DNA from: Escherichia phage K1ind1
Sequence record: NC_041897.1
Direction: 5' to 3' (one strand)
DNA: 42,292 nucleotides
The notes below the pieces were generated by a model, which had not been told where the DNA came from, did no database searches, and saw only the letters and a program-made list of their open reading frames with translations. Shown in pieces: positions 16,992-27,307 of the stretch (positions are counted from its first letter, which is position 1; every line of letters starts with the position of its first letter). Both the position numbers and the translations under genes were made by a program.

Positions 16992-18391
16992 TGAGCGACT
17001 TATATTTCCCACGTAGCCTTAAGCCAATTGTATCGAAAGGCTACTCAATGACCAGACGTAACAACGTCTGGAGTGTAGATTTAGCCGGTGGCGGGGTGCG
17101 TCAGGGCCGTGACACGTATTACGACGTGTTCCCTGTTAGCGTAACCCTGATTACATCCGCAATGGGGCGACAGGCGTTTCTGTCGTTCCTCGAAAAAGTA
17201 GACGGCGGTGCGTCAAGTTTCTGGATGGCGCACGACTTCGGCATGGGCATCGAAGATTATCAGGTAACCATTACGTCCACCATCGCCGAGTCCACAGAAG
17301 ACGGCATTAACTGGACGATTACTTTCACGGCAACCGCCGAGAAATCACCGTTCCAGGACCTTGAGAACCAGTGCCTGATTAACAATCTTCCGGATTTGTA
17401 CGGCTGTTACGGGGATTGTCTGGGTAGTTTCCTGAAAATATACGCGAACTACGAGACGACGTTCCCGCGCATCTGGAGCAATGAAGGACCCGCAGGTTAT
17501 CCACCGATTAACCTTCTGGCGTCGACTCTTGATAGCCGCGTTGTGTATGACGGGCCACAGGTCTATTACATCAACCGCAACGGCAATCTTGTGCAGTCCG
17601 CCGCCAATGAATGGCCCCTTACGTTTATCGATGGTTCGGCAGTTGGGCGTGTGCCACCAGAGGTATCAGTAACTAACAGATTCCTATATTCAAGCAATTT
17701 CTCTTCGTCAAACTGGAACAAAGGTTTGGTGAGTGTATCAGTATCCGAAACAGGTGTTTTAACAGCCGCAGGCACGTACGACGTAACTGCTACCACCACA
17801 AGCGGTAACCACCTAATAAACCAGACTGTAGATGTTAGCGTTGGTGTTGGAGACATGGTTACTTTTAGTTTCTTCGCAAAAGCAAACGGATACAATTTCA
17901 TACGGATGTACGTGCGAGAACTTCCTACAGTATTAGGCTCAGCAGTTGTGGATTTGCGGGATGGTAGCATTTATTCCGGCCCAGGCGGTACAGATGTAAC
18001 CGACGTAGGCGGAGGGTGGTTCCGGATATCGGAGACAATCACCGCAACAGAAGATAAAACAATGAGCATACGGATGGACGCATGGATATATTCAGACGGA
18101 GTTACCGGGTCCTTTGCGGGGGATGGCGTTTCAGGGATTAAATTATCCGCGGCTACCGTAGAGGTAAACCAAAATACAACATCCCCGGTAATAACCGATG
18201 CCGTTGTTGCCACCCGCACGACAGCATCCGCGAAAGTAACCATGAACGGTGCAACAAGCATCGACATCGCCTATTCCGACGGCTCTGTGGTAAACGTTCC
18301 GTCTGTTGACGGTTACGCCTCCATACCCCAAGCGGATTCGGCGTGGGGTAGTAAATATATCACTCGTATTGATTTTAATGTGGATGGTTAA
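16991..18391 (+). CDS. minor tail protein (distal tail, lambda gpM-like position) with C-terminal extension
   Basis: 466 aa; translationally coupled to tape measure; first of the tail-tip gene run. Confidence 0.45.
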   Translation: MSDLYFPRSLKPIVSKGYSMTRRNNVWSVDLAGGGVRQGRDTYYDVFPVSVTLITSAMGRQAFLSFLEKVDGGASSFWMAHDFGMGIEDYQVTITSTIAESTEDGINWTITFTATAEKSPFQDLENQCLINNLPDLYGCYGDCLGSFLKIYANYETTFPRIWSNEGPAGYPPINLLASTLDSRVVYDGPQVYYINRNGNLVQSAANEWPLTFIDGSAVGRVPPEVSVTNRFLYSSNFSSSNWNKGLVSVSVSETGVLTAAGTYDVTATTTSGNHLINQTVDVSVGVGDMVTFSFFAKANGYNFIRMYVRELPTVLGSAVVDLRDGSIYSGPGGTDVTDVGGGWFRISETITATEDKTMSIRMDAWIYSDGVTGSFAGDGVSGIKLSAATVEVNQNTTSPVITDAVVATRTTASAKVTMNGATSIDIAYSDGSVVNVPSVDGYASIPQADSAWGSKYITRIDFNVDG

Positions 18392-18394
18392 CTT

Positions 18395-18910
18395 ATGAGT
18401 CAGGAATCAGTAGAAGCAGCCTATCGCCGTAAGCTGGCCTCAAATCCCGACGGCGAGATGGACTACATCACGTTGCAAATCAGTCACCCGTTGCTATCGA
18501 AGACGTACTATCTTGTGCGCGGGCTGCAGGAACTTACGGCAACACTGGAGACGGGCGAAACAATCACGTTCGAACCCACCCCGATGGAGGCGTCGGGGGC
18601 CGCTAACAACAGCGATATGGACCAGACGACGACGTTTACTTTACCGGATATTCTCAATCAACTGGATGATGAGATGGATAAAATCCCGATGAGTAACACC
18701 GAGTTACCGAAGTTCGTATTCCGCCGTTACGTCAGCACCGACCTGTCTTACCCAGCGGACGGCCCGGTCGTGTACGAGTTACAGGCTATCAACCAGGAGA
18801 AGGGCGAGTTCTCCGCAGATGTCGGTACACCTATGCTGAACCAACGAAGCACTGGTATACTGATGACACCTAAAGAGATACCGTTATTACGCGGCCTGTT
18901 GACCACATGA
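18395..18910 (+). CDS. minor tail protein (gpL-like position)
   Basis: 171 aa; synteny within tip gene run. Confidence 0.4.
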   Translation: MSQESVEAAYRRKLASNPDGEMDYITLQISHPLLSKTYYLVRGLQELTATLETGETITFEPTPMEASGAANNSDMDQTTTFTLPDILNQLDDEMDKIPMSNTELPKFVFRRYVSTDLSYPADGPVVYELQAINQEKGEFSADVGTPMLNQRSTGILMTPKEIPLLRGLLTT

Positions 18911-19272
18911 ATATTAACGACTACACGGGCATACCTTACGACTTTCGCAAACGCAATTGCTGGCATCACGTGCGCATTGTCCGCGCGGATGCAGGGTTAG
19001 AAACCCCTGCGTTCGACGTTACAAGCCCAACGGCAATTAACGAAGCGTTTGACGAAGGCCACCGTGACACGAAGGGGCTTACAAAAATTGATAAGCCTGA
19101 AAACTTCTGCGCGGTGCTTATGGGTTATCGCCGCGGGGGTCGTATCGTGTGGCATGCGGGAGTTTACTTCGACGGGATGGTTAGCCATTGCGAGCTTGCT
19201 TCTCGTCAGGTACGGCTTGACAGGCTGGCGGACCTCAGAGACACGTACACGGAGATTGAATTTTGGCGATAA
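18907..19272 (+). CDS. tail assembly protein with NlpC/P60-like fold (gpK-like)
   Basis: 121 aa; candidate catalytic Cys (RNCWHHV) and His (WHAGVY) in NlpC/P60 arrangement. Confidence 0.5.
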   Translation: MNINDYTGIPYDFRKRNCWHHVRIVRADAGLETPAFDVTSPTAINEAFDEGHRDTKGLTKIDKPENFCAVLMGYRRGGRIVWHAGVYFDGMVSHCELASRQVRLDRLADLRDTYTEIEFWR

Positions 19273-21818
19273 TCCTGCACTACACGCGAAACGCTGATGG
19301 CGCTTTCGACCGTACAAAACACGTCGGGACGCCGATGGAGTTTGTCGTTAACCGTATCCCGGACGGCGTGCCGGTGCGCGTCTACCTCGGCGAGATTGGC
19401 GATGATACTGATGTAACCGACGACTTCGATGCGCTTAAAGACGAAGACGCCGTGTACCACATTATTGAGGGAGCTGGTAGCGGGGCGCTTGGCGCCGTTA
19501 GTAAGGTGTTTGGTTTTATCCTTAAGCCAATCGCTAAGTTGTTCGGCCTGAACATGTCTGCAAACGCCAACTACACGGCGACTAATAACCAGACAACATC
19601 GCCAAATAATAGCCTTACCGACCGCTCAAACAAGCCGCGTCCTTACGAGCGCTCTTATGACATCTGCGGGACTGTACAGACAATCCCTAACGACCTTATG
19701 CAGACGTATAAGGCGTTCAACTCCACGGGTGCTTTGCTGGAGTATTCGTATTATGACGCTGGGCGCGGGCATCTGCATATCGAGGCTGATGGCGTCACAG
19801 AGGGCGACACCCTGATAAGCGACATCACAGGTTCCTCTGTTGCCATATACGCGCCGTATACGTCACCGAACAACACCACATCTCCGCAACTACAAATCGG
19901 CGACATCATTGACCAGAAACTCTATGTGACATACTCCAACGACGACGTTGACGGTATTGTACTAAAAGCGCCAAACGACATTGGGGCCAACCCAAGCGCT
20001 GATGGTACCGCAAAACGTATTTCAAACACCGGCTACATCTATGACCCGTCAGGGGACTCTGCTTTTTCTGAGTTTCTTAGCGTCGGTGATGTGGCAGTGC
20101 TGAGCAACTTTGACGTTGCTGATGTCACTAACCTGAACGGCTCGTTTGAGGTTTTATACGTTGACGACTTCGAAGTAAGATTAGCCGTAAACGGCGCGTC
20201 TAACTGGGCAGCGTTGACCAGCGGGCAAACGTACGCCCTAACAGAGCGTTCAGATACGTTTATCGGCCCTAGCAACACCTATGACGTATCCCTGACAGAC
20301 TGGTATTACATGGTGCGCGGAGAAGTTGACCGGGTGCTTGCTAACGTTGCCGGGCAGAACGGCCTCTACAAATACGACGGCGGCTATAACCGCACCAGCG
20401 TAACCGTAGAACTCCAGTACCAGATGATTGACTCTCAGCGTAACCCGTTGAGCGATATTTACACGGTACAGGCTACGATTACTGGTAATAGCACGGATTA
20501 CGTCGGCACGTCCATTTATGGGCAGTTGCCAACCGCATCGCGTTTCCGCGCCCGCATGCGCCGTATAACGAATTTCGATAAAGACTACAACGGCACGGTA
20601 AGTGACGAGATAACCTTCATCAACCTGTACGGTCAGTCTCTGGACACCACACCGCACTACGGCAACCGAACTACCGTACATTGCGCCCGTAAACAGACTC
20701 CGCGGGCTGCGAGTATAGACAACCCGGAACTGCGCATGATCGCTACCGAGATGTGCTACAAATACCTCGGCAATGGGGTATTCGATACAGTAATGTCGCC
20801 AAACACTCAGGCCGTGCAGTCGCTAATCAGACTGGCCCATGACCCGGCGGTAGGTAACTTAGAACTGACAACCGCAAACATGGACAAGTTACTCGCTGTG
20901 CAGGAAGAAATTGAGTCCTATTTCGGAAGTGAATTGGCAGGGCAGTTCTGCTACACGTTCGACGACTACGACACCACGATGCAGGACATCGTTCAGACTA
21001 TAGCGGAAGCCGTGTTCTGTACTGCGTACCGTAAAGGCGCGGATATCATGCTGCGATTCGACCGTCCGGTTGCGGGGCCTGAAATGGTGTTCACCCACCG
21101 CAGCAAAACTACCGGTACAGAGAAATGGACCCGCACGTTCAACGATTCGACAACCTACGATAGCCTGTCGTTCTCGTACATCGACCCGGATACTAATGTA
21201 CAGGAAACGATTTATATCCCGGAAGAACTCGGCGCAAATACTGAGGAATACGAATCTAAGGGCGTGCGCAATTATCAGCAAGCGTACTGGCTGGCGTGGC
21301 GTCGCTACCAGCGCAATGCGTTAAGTAAAGTTGTCGTAGAGTTCGAAGCTACCGAAGAGGGGGCACTCGCTACCCCGGGTGGCGTAATCAGCGTGGTTAA
21401 AGGCTCGCGTATCGCGCCTCAGGATGGTTATGTTGTTGCCGTTAATGGGCTTACGCTGACACTGTCTCAGCCCGTTACGTTTACCCCCGGAGACGACCAC
21501 TCCATCATCCTTAAGAAGCGAGACGGTTCGGTGCAGAGTATCTCTGTGGTCGAAGGAAGCCATGACCGTGAGGTGATTATGCTCTCCGCGCCGGAGGAAG
21601 CAATATACACCGGGAATAGCGCACTAAAAACTGAGTTTTCATTCGGCAACGAAGCAAGGCATAATGCTCAGAAGATAGTTGTTTCTTCAATCGACCCGGG
21701 CGACGACCGCACGGTCAAGATTACTGGTTACAACTATGACGACGAATTCTATAAATACGACGGCGTCGCGCCATACGGCAGCGGTTTCTCCGACGGATTC
21801 AGCAATGGTTTTAATTAA
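19263..21818 (+). CDS. tail tip / central tail fiber protein (gpJ-like, with gpI-like N-terminal segment)
   Basis: 851 aa; largest tip protein following M/L/K-like genes; start codon uncertain (TTG at 19263 or internal ATG at 19335). Confidence 0.55.
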   Translation: MAIILHYTRNADGAFDRTKHVGTPMEFVVNRIPDGVPVRVYLGEIGDDTDVTDDFDALKDEDAVYHIIEGAGSGALGAVSKVFGFILKPIAKLFGLNMSANANYTATNNQTTSPNNSLTDRSNKPRPYERSYDICGTVQTIPNDLMQTYKAFNSTGALLEYSYYDAGRGHLHIEADGVTEGDTLISDITGSSVAIYAPYTSPNNTTSPQLQIGDIIDQKLYVTYSNDDVDGIVLKAPNDIGANPSADGTAKRISNTGYIYDPSGDSAFSEFLSVGDVAVLSNFDVADVTNLNGSFEVLYVDDFEVRLAVNGASNWAALTSGQTYALTERSDTFIGPSNTYDVSLTDWYYMVRGEVDRVLANVAGQNGLYKYDGGYNRTSVTVELQYQMIDSQRNPLSDIYTVQATITGNSTDYVGTSIYGQLPTASRFRARMRRITNFDKDYNGTVSDEITFINLYGQSLDTTPHYGNRTTVHCARKQTPRAASIDNPELRMIATEMCYKYLGNGVFDTVMSPNTQAVQSLIRLAHDPAVGNLELTTANMDKLLAVQEEIESYFGSELAGQFCYTFDDYDTTMQDIVQTIAEAVFCTAYRKGADIMLRFDRPVAGPEMVFTHRSKTTGTEKWTRTFNDSTTYDSLSFSYIDPDTNVQETIYIPEELGANTEEYESKGVRNYQQAYWLAWRRYQRNALSKVVVEFEATEEGALATPGGVISVVKGSRIAPQDGYVVAVNGLTLTLSQPVTFTPGDDHSIILKKRDGSVQSISVVEGSHDREVIMLSAPEEAIYTGNSALKTEFSFGNEARHNAQKIVVSSIDPGDDRTVKITGYNYDDEFYKYDGVAPYGSGFSDGFSNGFN

Positions 21819-21830
21819 AGAGGACTCTAT

Positions 21831-23996
21831 ATGTCAAGCGGATGCGGTGACGTTTTAAGCCTGGCGGATTTACAAACTGCCAAGAAACACCAGATTTTCG
21901 AAGCCGAGGTTATCACCGGTAAATCCGGTGGGGTTGCTGGCGGTGCTGATATTGATTACGCGACAAACGCCGTTACGGGGCAGACACAGAAGACACTCCC
22001 TGCGGTTCTTAAAAGCATTGGTTTTGCCGTGGCTGATTTTAGTTTCGATTCTGGGGGTACTCTTGCATCCGGGGACGAGGACAAGATAGTGCTCTGGCCG
22101 TTGCCGGGGGGTGATGGTCAGTACTACTCCTGGACTGGTGCGTATCCTAAGATTGTTCCCGCATCCTCGTCCCCGACAACAGGATGGAAACTTATAGACG
22201 GCTCTGCATTACGAATCGACCTGTCAGAATTTAGTGGGGCTTCTCTGGTTGGGTACTCTTACGACGGTAGCCTAAGCACCACAAAAAGAACGGTTGCTGA
22301 TAAATTAGATGATATGGTCAGCCTGTGGGATTTTCATTGTGACTCATCCGGGGATGTAATTCAGCCTGGGGTTAGCGTTGACAGTCGTCAGTATCTGCAA
22401 GCAGCTATAGACTACCTTAACGCAAACGGCGGTGGAACACTACATATACCGGAAGGTACATGGTATCTGAATAGCGTTAGCACAGGACCTGTATCGGGTC
22501 ATAGTGGCCTAATACAATTGAAAAGCAATGTAAGTATTAAGCTAGACGGTACTATTAAAGTAGGGTCTGCTTTGGCCTCCTCGTCATTTCAGGTGTTTGT
22601 AGGATTTGATAATGGCGACCCCGCAAGCTCCGGTAATCTCAATAATTGCCATATTTACGGCAACGGTACGATAGACTTTGGTGGTTATGACTTTGGGGCG
22701 ACATCACAGTTACGCAACGGTATCGCTTTTGGTCGCAGCTACAACTGCTCAGTAACCGGTATTACTTTCCAGAACGGTGATGTTACTTGGGGTGTTACCC
22801 TTGGCTGGAATGGGTATGGGTCTGATTGCAAGGTATCTAACTGTAAGTTTATTAATTTGATACAGAGTGCTAACAACGCGGACCACAGTACCGTATATGT
22901 TAACTGTCCTTTCAGTGGTGTAGATAACTGCATATTCCGTGCGGTGAGTTCAAGGGCGCAAGTTATAGCGTGTTCAGTGGAGCTACACCAACATGATACC
23001 TGGTACAGAGATTCAATTATCTCCGGATACACACGCGGCTGTTATGTGGCTCTGCATGGGGCAGAATCCGCAGGAGCGGGTACATACCTGTACAATGCTG
23101 TTGTGTCAGGGGTAATTGGTGATATTTCCGGGCAAGCAGTAATTTTAGCCGCGGGTCCGGATTCAACAGCCACCACCCACATTAACGGTGTGTCTATCGA
23201 GAACTGTAGATTTACCGCCGGTAGTCAGGCGGGTATGTGCAGCTTCATAGACTTCTTCCAAGATAGTAACTCGAACTCTAGCCAGTACCTCATTAACCAT
23301 GTAACGGTTAAAGGGTGCAGCTTCATTGTAGACCGTAGCCGGTCTCTGTCTGCGGCAATAACCTTAAACGGTAGTATCCAGGGCATTATTTTTCAGAATA
23401 ATTTCTTTGATGTTAAGCAGGCAATGGTGTCGGAACTGCCTGATGGCCGTACCGTACAATTGGAGCGGTTCAACTGGGATAGCAGTAACATCATTGGCGA
23501 CGATAATACTGGAACCCGTACCGCATTAAATCTGTTTGAGACTCTTCGCGTTTCGAGTATGACAAGATGTAATATAAGTATTCATATGCGGCATCCAAGT
23601 TCGGAACTGTATAGCTTCATGTATTTCAGGCCGAATGCTACAACATTCAGCAACTGTACCTTTGAGGTATTGCCATATAATTGGTCTTGCACATCCGGTA
23701 ATCCTATATTTTTTGACAGTACAGGTGTCCCAGCGTCTGGAATGCGCGTCAGGTTTCCTAAACAAATTTCGTTCACATTGTCAGCCGGGAGTAACGCCCA
23801 ACGTGCAACGGGTGGTTCTTCGTACTCTTGGGTGGCCCGGGCGGACGCTCTTGACCGTCGCGGTATTTCTGGACAATTTGATGCCCCTTCATCGTATGCG
23901 GGATCGAGTAACGGGCAGTTGGTAGGTCTAGGCTGGCAGCTTGACGGCGTACAACATACGTATGACCATAACGTTCTTTTGCAAAGTTTTACCTGA
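21831..23996 (+). CDS. tailspike / tail fiber with right-handed beta-helix (depolymerase-like) domain
   Basis: 721 aa; N-terminal about 150-aa adaptor-like segment then G/N/S/T-rich repeats typical of beta-helix tailspikes; last morphogenesis gene. Confidence 0.55.
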   Translation: MSSGCGDVLSLADLQTAKKHQIFEAEVITGKSGGVAGGADIDYATNAVTGQTQKTLPAVLKSIGFAVADFSFDSGGTLASGDEDKIVLWPLPGGDGQYYSWTGAYPKIVPASSSPTTGWKLIDGSALRIDLSEFSGASLVGYSYDGSLSTTKRTVADKLDDMVSLWDFHCDSSGDVIQPGVSVDSRQYLQAAIDYLNANGGGTLHIPEGTWYLNSVSTGPVSGHSGLIQLKSNVSIKLDGTIKVGSALASSSFQVFVGFDNGDPASSGNLNNCHIYGNGTIDFGGYDFGATSQLRNGIAFGRSYNCSVTGITFQNGDVTWGVTLGWNGYGSDCKVSNCKFINLIQSANNADHSTVYVNCPFSGVDNCIFRAVSSRAQVIACSVELHQHDTWYRDSIISGYTRGCYVALHGAESAGAGTYLYNAVVSGVIGDISGQAVILAAGPDSTATTHINGVSIENCRFTAGSQAGMCSFIDFFQDSNSNSSQYLINHVTVKGCSFIVDRSRSLSAAITLNGSIQGIIFQNNFFDVKQAMVSELPDGRTVQLERFNWDSSNIIGDDNTGTRTALNLFETLRVSSMTRCNISIHMRHPSSELYSFMYFRPNATTFSNCTFEVLPYNWSCTSGNPIFFDSTGVPASGMRVRFPKQISFTLSAGSNAQRATGGSSYSWVARADALDRRGISGQFDAPSSYAGSSNGQLVGLGWQLDGVQHTYDHNVLLQSFT

Positions 23997-24007
23997 CAAA
24001 TAAAACT

Positions 24008-24032
24008 AAGGCCCCAAACGGGGCCTTTTCTC
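24008..24032. terminator. bidirectional rho-independent terminator
   Basis: AGGCCCC-AAAC-GGGGCCT hairpin with T-runs on both strands; separates convergent morphogenesis and replication blocks. Confidence 0.65.
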
Positions 24033-24235
24033 TACTCTTCTGATAACTTCTCCAGTACAAACGCCAGTTGTGCATTAGCGGCGTCTCTTTGCTGCCGTAG
24101 TCGTAGAACCTCTTCTTCTAGTTCCTTGATACGTTTTATTTCTCGCTTTAACTGCATAGCAAGAAGTTGCTCGCGGGCATTAAGAGCAGATTTTACCAAT
24201 TCGTTGCAGGCGTCAATATCAAACTCATTATTCAT
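24032..24235 (-). CDS. hypothetical coiled-coil protein
   Basis: 67 aa; heptad-like LxxLxxE pattern. Confidence 0.4.
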   Translation of the reverse strand: MNNEFDIDACNELVKSALNAREQLLAMQLKREIKRIKELEEEVLRLRQQRDAANAQLAFVLEKLSEE

Positions 24236-24417
24236 TTCTTACCTTCGCTTTTCTTGAAACTGCGCTTTATATCCGGCAGCGTGTAGCACCGTGATTTTTC
24301 GTATTTACCGTCCGAGCTTACCAAAACAAAGCTGTTGCCGTCTTTTGATATGTACTCGATGGCGAAAATATTAAATGAATGTACGCTGTATATTTCATCG
24401 CCAACATTAAGTTTCAT
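24232..24417 (-). CDS. hypothetical protein
   Basis: 61 aa; coupled to helicase gene (overlapping stop/start). Confidence 0.35.
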   Translation of the reverse strand: MKLNVGDEIYSVHSFNIFAIEYISKDGNSFVLVSSDGKYEKSRCYTLPDIKRSFKKSEGKK

Positions 24418-25838
24418 TTCTTACCTCGTCTCTTCATGTAATTAAGCAATTCTTCTTGCACAGATTTCTTTTCGTCAGTACGCGCGGCGACAACCTCGTC
24501 CAGCGTGTCTTTAGCAACGATGTGGTACAGGAACACCGGCCTCTCGTGTCCTGCCTGTTTCTGGCGGACCGGGCCTATTCGCTCGACAACCTGCAAATAG
24601 TGTTCAAGATTCCAGCCTTGCGAAATAAACGCCAGATGATGCCCGCCGTCCTGTAAATTCAAACCATGCCCGGCTGACGCAGGATGCACGCATAAGATTT
24701 CGATTTCCCCGCGGTTCCACGCTTCCATCTGCTTATTGCCCTTAGCGCCTTTGGCGAACGCCTGTGCTTGTGGGAATCGCTTAAGGATACGCTCAAGTTC
24801 GTGCTTAAACTGATAGGCTACCAGTAACGGTGCGCCCTGTAACTCCTCAACAATGGACTCAAGCGCATCCAGTTTCGTATCGTGCACTTTCTCCCAGTCT
24901 TTCGTTGCTTCGCCGTCTGGCCCGGATACATACACGGCACCGGATGCAATCTGCAGGCACTTCGACGTCTTCGCAGCAGCGTTAGCCGCTTCAACTTCCC
25001 CGCTCTCCAGTTCCGCGAATAACTTTTCCTCCATATCGATGTACGCCTGACGCGCCTTCTTCGGCAGGTCAATTTCCACTGGCACGATAATCGGCGCTTC
25101 GCAACCAAACCACTCGGCGGCGTCAATCGTGAGACTAATGTCTTTCATCTTCTGATGAATCTCATTATCCGCACCCGGTCGTGCGTGATACTCCCGCGCC
25201 ATCGCGGATTTCCCTTTCTGTACCGAGTTAAACCAGCGGTCTGTGAATGCCGTGTACGAAGAACCAAGGCGCTCGCCAGCGTCGATAAACCAGTTCTGCC
25301 CCCACAAGTCCTTGAGGCCGTTCGGCGACGGTGTGCCTGTCAGGTTAATGAAACGCTTAACCTTTCCGAACGCCACTTTGCTTAGCGCCTTAGCCCGTTT
25401 GCTTCCTCCAGAACGGCTACGGAAAGATTTCAGCTTCGTGCTCTCATCAGCAACGATAACCGTAAAAGGCCAGTCGTCTTTGCCGTAGTAGTCAATCAGC
25501 CACTCGATAACTTCGTAGTTTGTGCACACCACGTTAGCATCTGACTCCAGCGCCGCGATACGGCGCTTCTCTGAACCGGTTGCGTCTACGACACTCAGAC
25601 AGGGGAAGTTCCAACGTGCCTGTTCCGCGGGCCACGTACCTGACGCAACACGTAAAGGAGCCAGAATTAACACTCGGTCGTCGTCATTAAGTTGCCCATT
25701 ACGGAACAGCCGATTGAGAACCCACAACGTTGACCCCGACTTACCGCTGCCCATGCTCGCCCAGATATTGCAGCGATGGTGCCGCAGCATGAACGAAGTC
25801 ATGAGCTTCTGGTATTCGCGCCTTTGAAACTTACTCAT
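24414..25838 (-). CDS. superfamily-2 helicase (SNF2/DEAD-like)
   Basis: 474 aa; Walker A SMGSGKSGST, DExx box IVADESTK, motif VI-like QVVERIGPVRQKQ. Confidence 0.65.
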   Translation of the reverse strand: MSKFQRREYQKLMTSFMLRHHRCNIWASMGSGKSGSTLWVLNRLFRNGQLNDDDRVLILAPLRVASGTWPAEQARWNFPCLSVVDATGSEKRRIAALESDANVVCTNYEVIEWLIDYYGKDDWPFTVIVADESTKLKSFRSRSGGSKRAKALSKVAFGKVKRFINLTGTPSPNGLKDLWGQNWFIDAGERLGSSYTAFTDRWFNSVQKGKSAMAREYHARPGADNEIHQKMKDISLTIDAAEWFGCEAPIIVPVEIDLPKKARQAYIDMEEKLFAELESGEVEAANAAAKTSKCLQIASGAVYVSGPDGEATKDWEKVHDTKLDALESIVEELQGAPLLVAYQFKHELERILKRFPQAQAFAKGAKGNKQMEAWNRGEIEILCVHPASAGHGLNLQDGGHHLAFISQGWNLEHYLQVVERIGPVRQKQAGHERPVFLYHIVAKDTLDEVVAARTDEKKSVQEELLNYMKRRGKK

Positions 25839-26655
25839 TTACCGCCCCCATGAATGCCTTTATAAATTCAGCGGCTACTTGCGGGACGATGGCATTGCCA
25901 TAACCGCGCAATCGTCCCACTCTGGCGGGTATCCCATTAGCCAGCGGGAATGCGCCGGGTTCAACTGGCCTGAATTTTCCATCCCGGCATCCGAGCCAGT
26001 CAGTATCTGACCAGAAGCCGTGATGCGGATTGGTTGTGTTATTTTCAGACCCTGCTCCGTCGAGTAGTCCAGCCTGTCGAATGTCCTGTCCTTCCCGTCC
26101 TTGCGAATCACTGTCTCTCCGCTCCCCCTGTAGTCGTTCGCTGTCGGTGTAGGCCAATTGGTGCGCACCAAAGAAGAGCCGCTCTCTTTTGTGCGGTGCG
26201 CCGACGCTACAAGCTGGAAGTACGGCAAACCCGACGGCGTAGTCTTCTCTTTCCATGTGAATCTGTAAATCGCACATCCACGATTTTGCAATTGCTGGCG
26301 CAACCTGTTCCCCAAAGAGGACTGGAGGGCGGCACTCGCTGATGAGGTCGAGGAACACAGGTGCAAGGTGTCTAGGGTCGAACTGTCCGAGTTGCTTTCC
26401 CGCCGCGCTAAACGGTTGGCAAGGCGGGCTTCCCGTCCAGAGAGGCGCATCTTCCGGAACTCCCGCAAGTCTGAGCGCGAGAGGCCAGCCGCCGATACCC
26501 GCGAAAAAATGACACTGGGTGAACCCGTCAAGGTCTTCTGGCTTAACTTCGGTAATGCTTCTTTCATCTACAACTCCAAAAGGTATGTGACCCTGTTTTA
26601 TTAATTCACGCAGCCACGCGGCTGCACCTTTATCCCATTCGTTGTAATAGTTCAT
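25831..26655 (-). CDS. DNA (cytosine-5)-methyltransferase
   Basis: 274 aa; motif I FAGIGG, motif IV PCQPFS, ENV-like FGEQV, C-terminal motif X GNAIVPQV; short target-recognition region. Confidence 0.75.
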   Translation of the reverse strand: MNYYNEWDKGAAAWLRELIKQGHIPFGVVDERSITEVKPEDLDGFTQCHFFAGIGGWPLALRLAGVPEDAPLWTGSPPCQPFSAAGKQLGQFDPRHLAPVFLDLISECRPPVLFGEQVAPAIAKSWMCDLQIHMEREDYAVGFAVLPACSVGAPHKRERLFFGAHQLAYTDSERLQGERRDSDSQGREGQDIRQAGLLDGAGSENNTTNPHHGFWSDTDWLGCRDGKFRPVEPGAFPLANGIPARVGRLRGYGNAIVPQVAAEFIKAFMGAVNE

Positions 26656-26843
26656 TTCGCCACCAGAACTAACTCTTTACGCCCGAACGCCGTAACATTG
26701 CCCGTTACATCTTCGATAACCAGTTTACCGTTCGACTCGACGAACACCGTATCTACGGCAACAGGACGACGGGTCTTAACGTTGAAAATCATGTCGCCCG
26801 GTACGATGTCACGTGCTGGTTTGCGGTCGTATTCGTGTTTCAT
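26652..26843 (-). CDS. hypothetical protein
   Basis: 63 aa; coupled to methyltransferase gene. Confidence 0.4.
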   Translation of the reverse strand: MKHEYDRKPARDIVPGDMIFNVKTRRPVAVDTVFVESNGKLVIEDVTGNVTAFGRKELVLVAK

Positions 26844-26873
26844 TTCTCAATTCCTTATATTGTTGGTGTATGA

Positions 26874-27158
26874 CTAACTATAATAGTTCGCTATTAGGTC
26901 GTCAACCTGTTTAAACGAACCAACGACAAAAACATTTGCACCGCGTTTACGCATCCGCCCGTGCTCTCGTAGCTGGTGTGGGTCTGGCTTCGTGCTTTCG
27001 TCTTTCTTAACCTCAACGAACCAGATGATGCCGCCGGGGAGAATTACCAGCAGGTCGGGGGCGCCCACTCTATTTTCGTACGACAATTTGCGTACGAGGC
27101 CCCCCAGGGCCTCGAATCGCTCTTTTGCGTATTTCTGTACGCGGCCCTCTTTAGTCAT
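26874..27158 (-). CDS. VRR-NUC domain nuclease (PD-(D/E)xK)
   Basis: about 94 aa from ATG 27158; GAPDLLVI ... VEVKK motif arrangement typical of VRR-NUC. Confidence 0.55.
   Translation of the reverse strand: MTKEGRVQKYAKERFEALGGLVRKLSYENRVGAPDLLVILPGGIIWFVEVKKDESTKPDPHQLREHGRMRKRGANVFVVGSFKQVDDLIANYYS
26877..26905 (-). promoter_or_regulatory. sigma70-like promoter TTGACG-17-TATAGT with AATAG-N4-CTATT palindrome in spacer (26882-26895)
   Basis: read on minus strand; lies inside the last codons of the VRR-NUC gene; drives 26843 and downstream genes. Confidence 0.45.
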
Positions 27159-27307
27159 GAGCGCAGAACCCAAGTAAGGAAAGCCCCTCCGAGAACGGCA
27201 ACGCCCACAAACTTAAAGAACAGGCCGTAACAGAACATCGCGGCTATTCCCGCACCGAGTAACAGCGCGAGCATGGTTACTATTGACCTAAATACAAACA
27301 TCTTCAT
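27155..27307 (-). CDS. small hydrophobic membrane peptide (50 aa, below ORF-track cutoff)
   Basis: ATG with GGAGG RBS; single predicted TM helix; stop overlaps VRR-NUC start (ATGA). Confidence 0.3.
   Translation of the reverse strand: MKMFVFRSIVTMLALLLGAGIAAMFCYGLFFKFVGVAVLGGAFLTWVLRS

Noticed and set aside
16370-17012. Minus-strand ORFs (155 and 111 aa) within the tape measure gene
   Set aside because: Ala-rich antisense frames produced by the GC-rich repetitive tape-measure sequence; no independent support.
25875-26567. 230-aa ORF overlapping the methyltransferase on the same strand in another frame
   Set aside because: The methyltransferase frame carries the recognisable catalytic motifs; the alternative frame is Ser/Arg-rich with no motifs.
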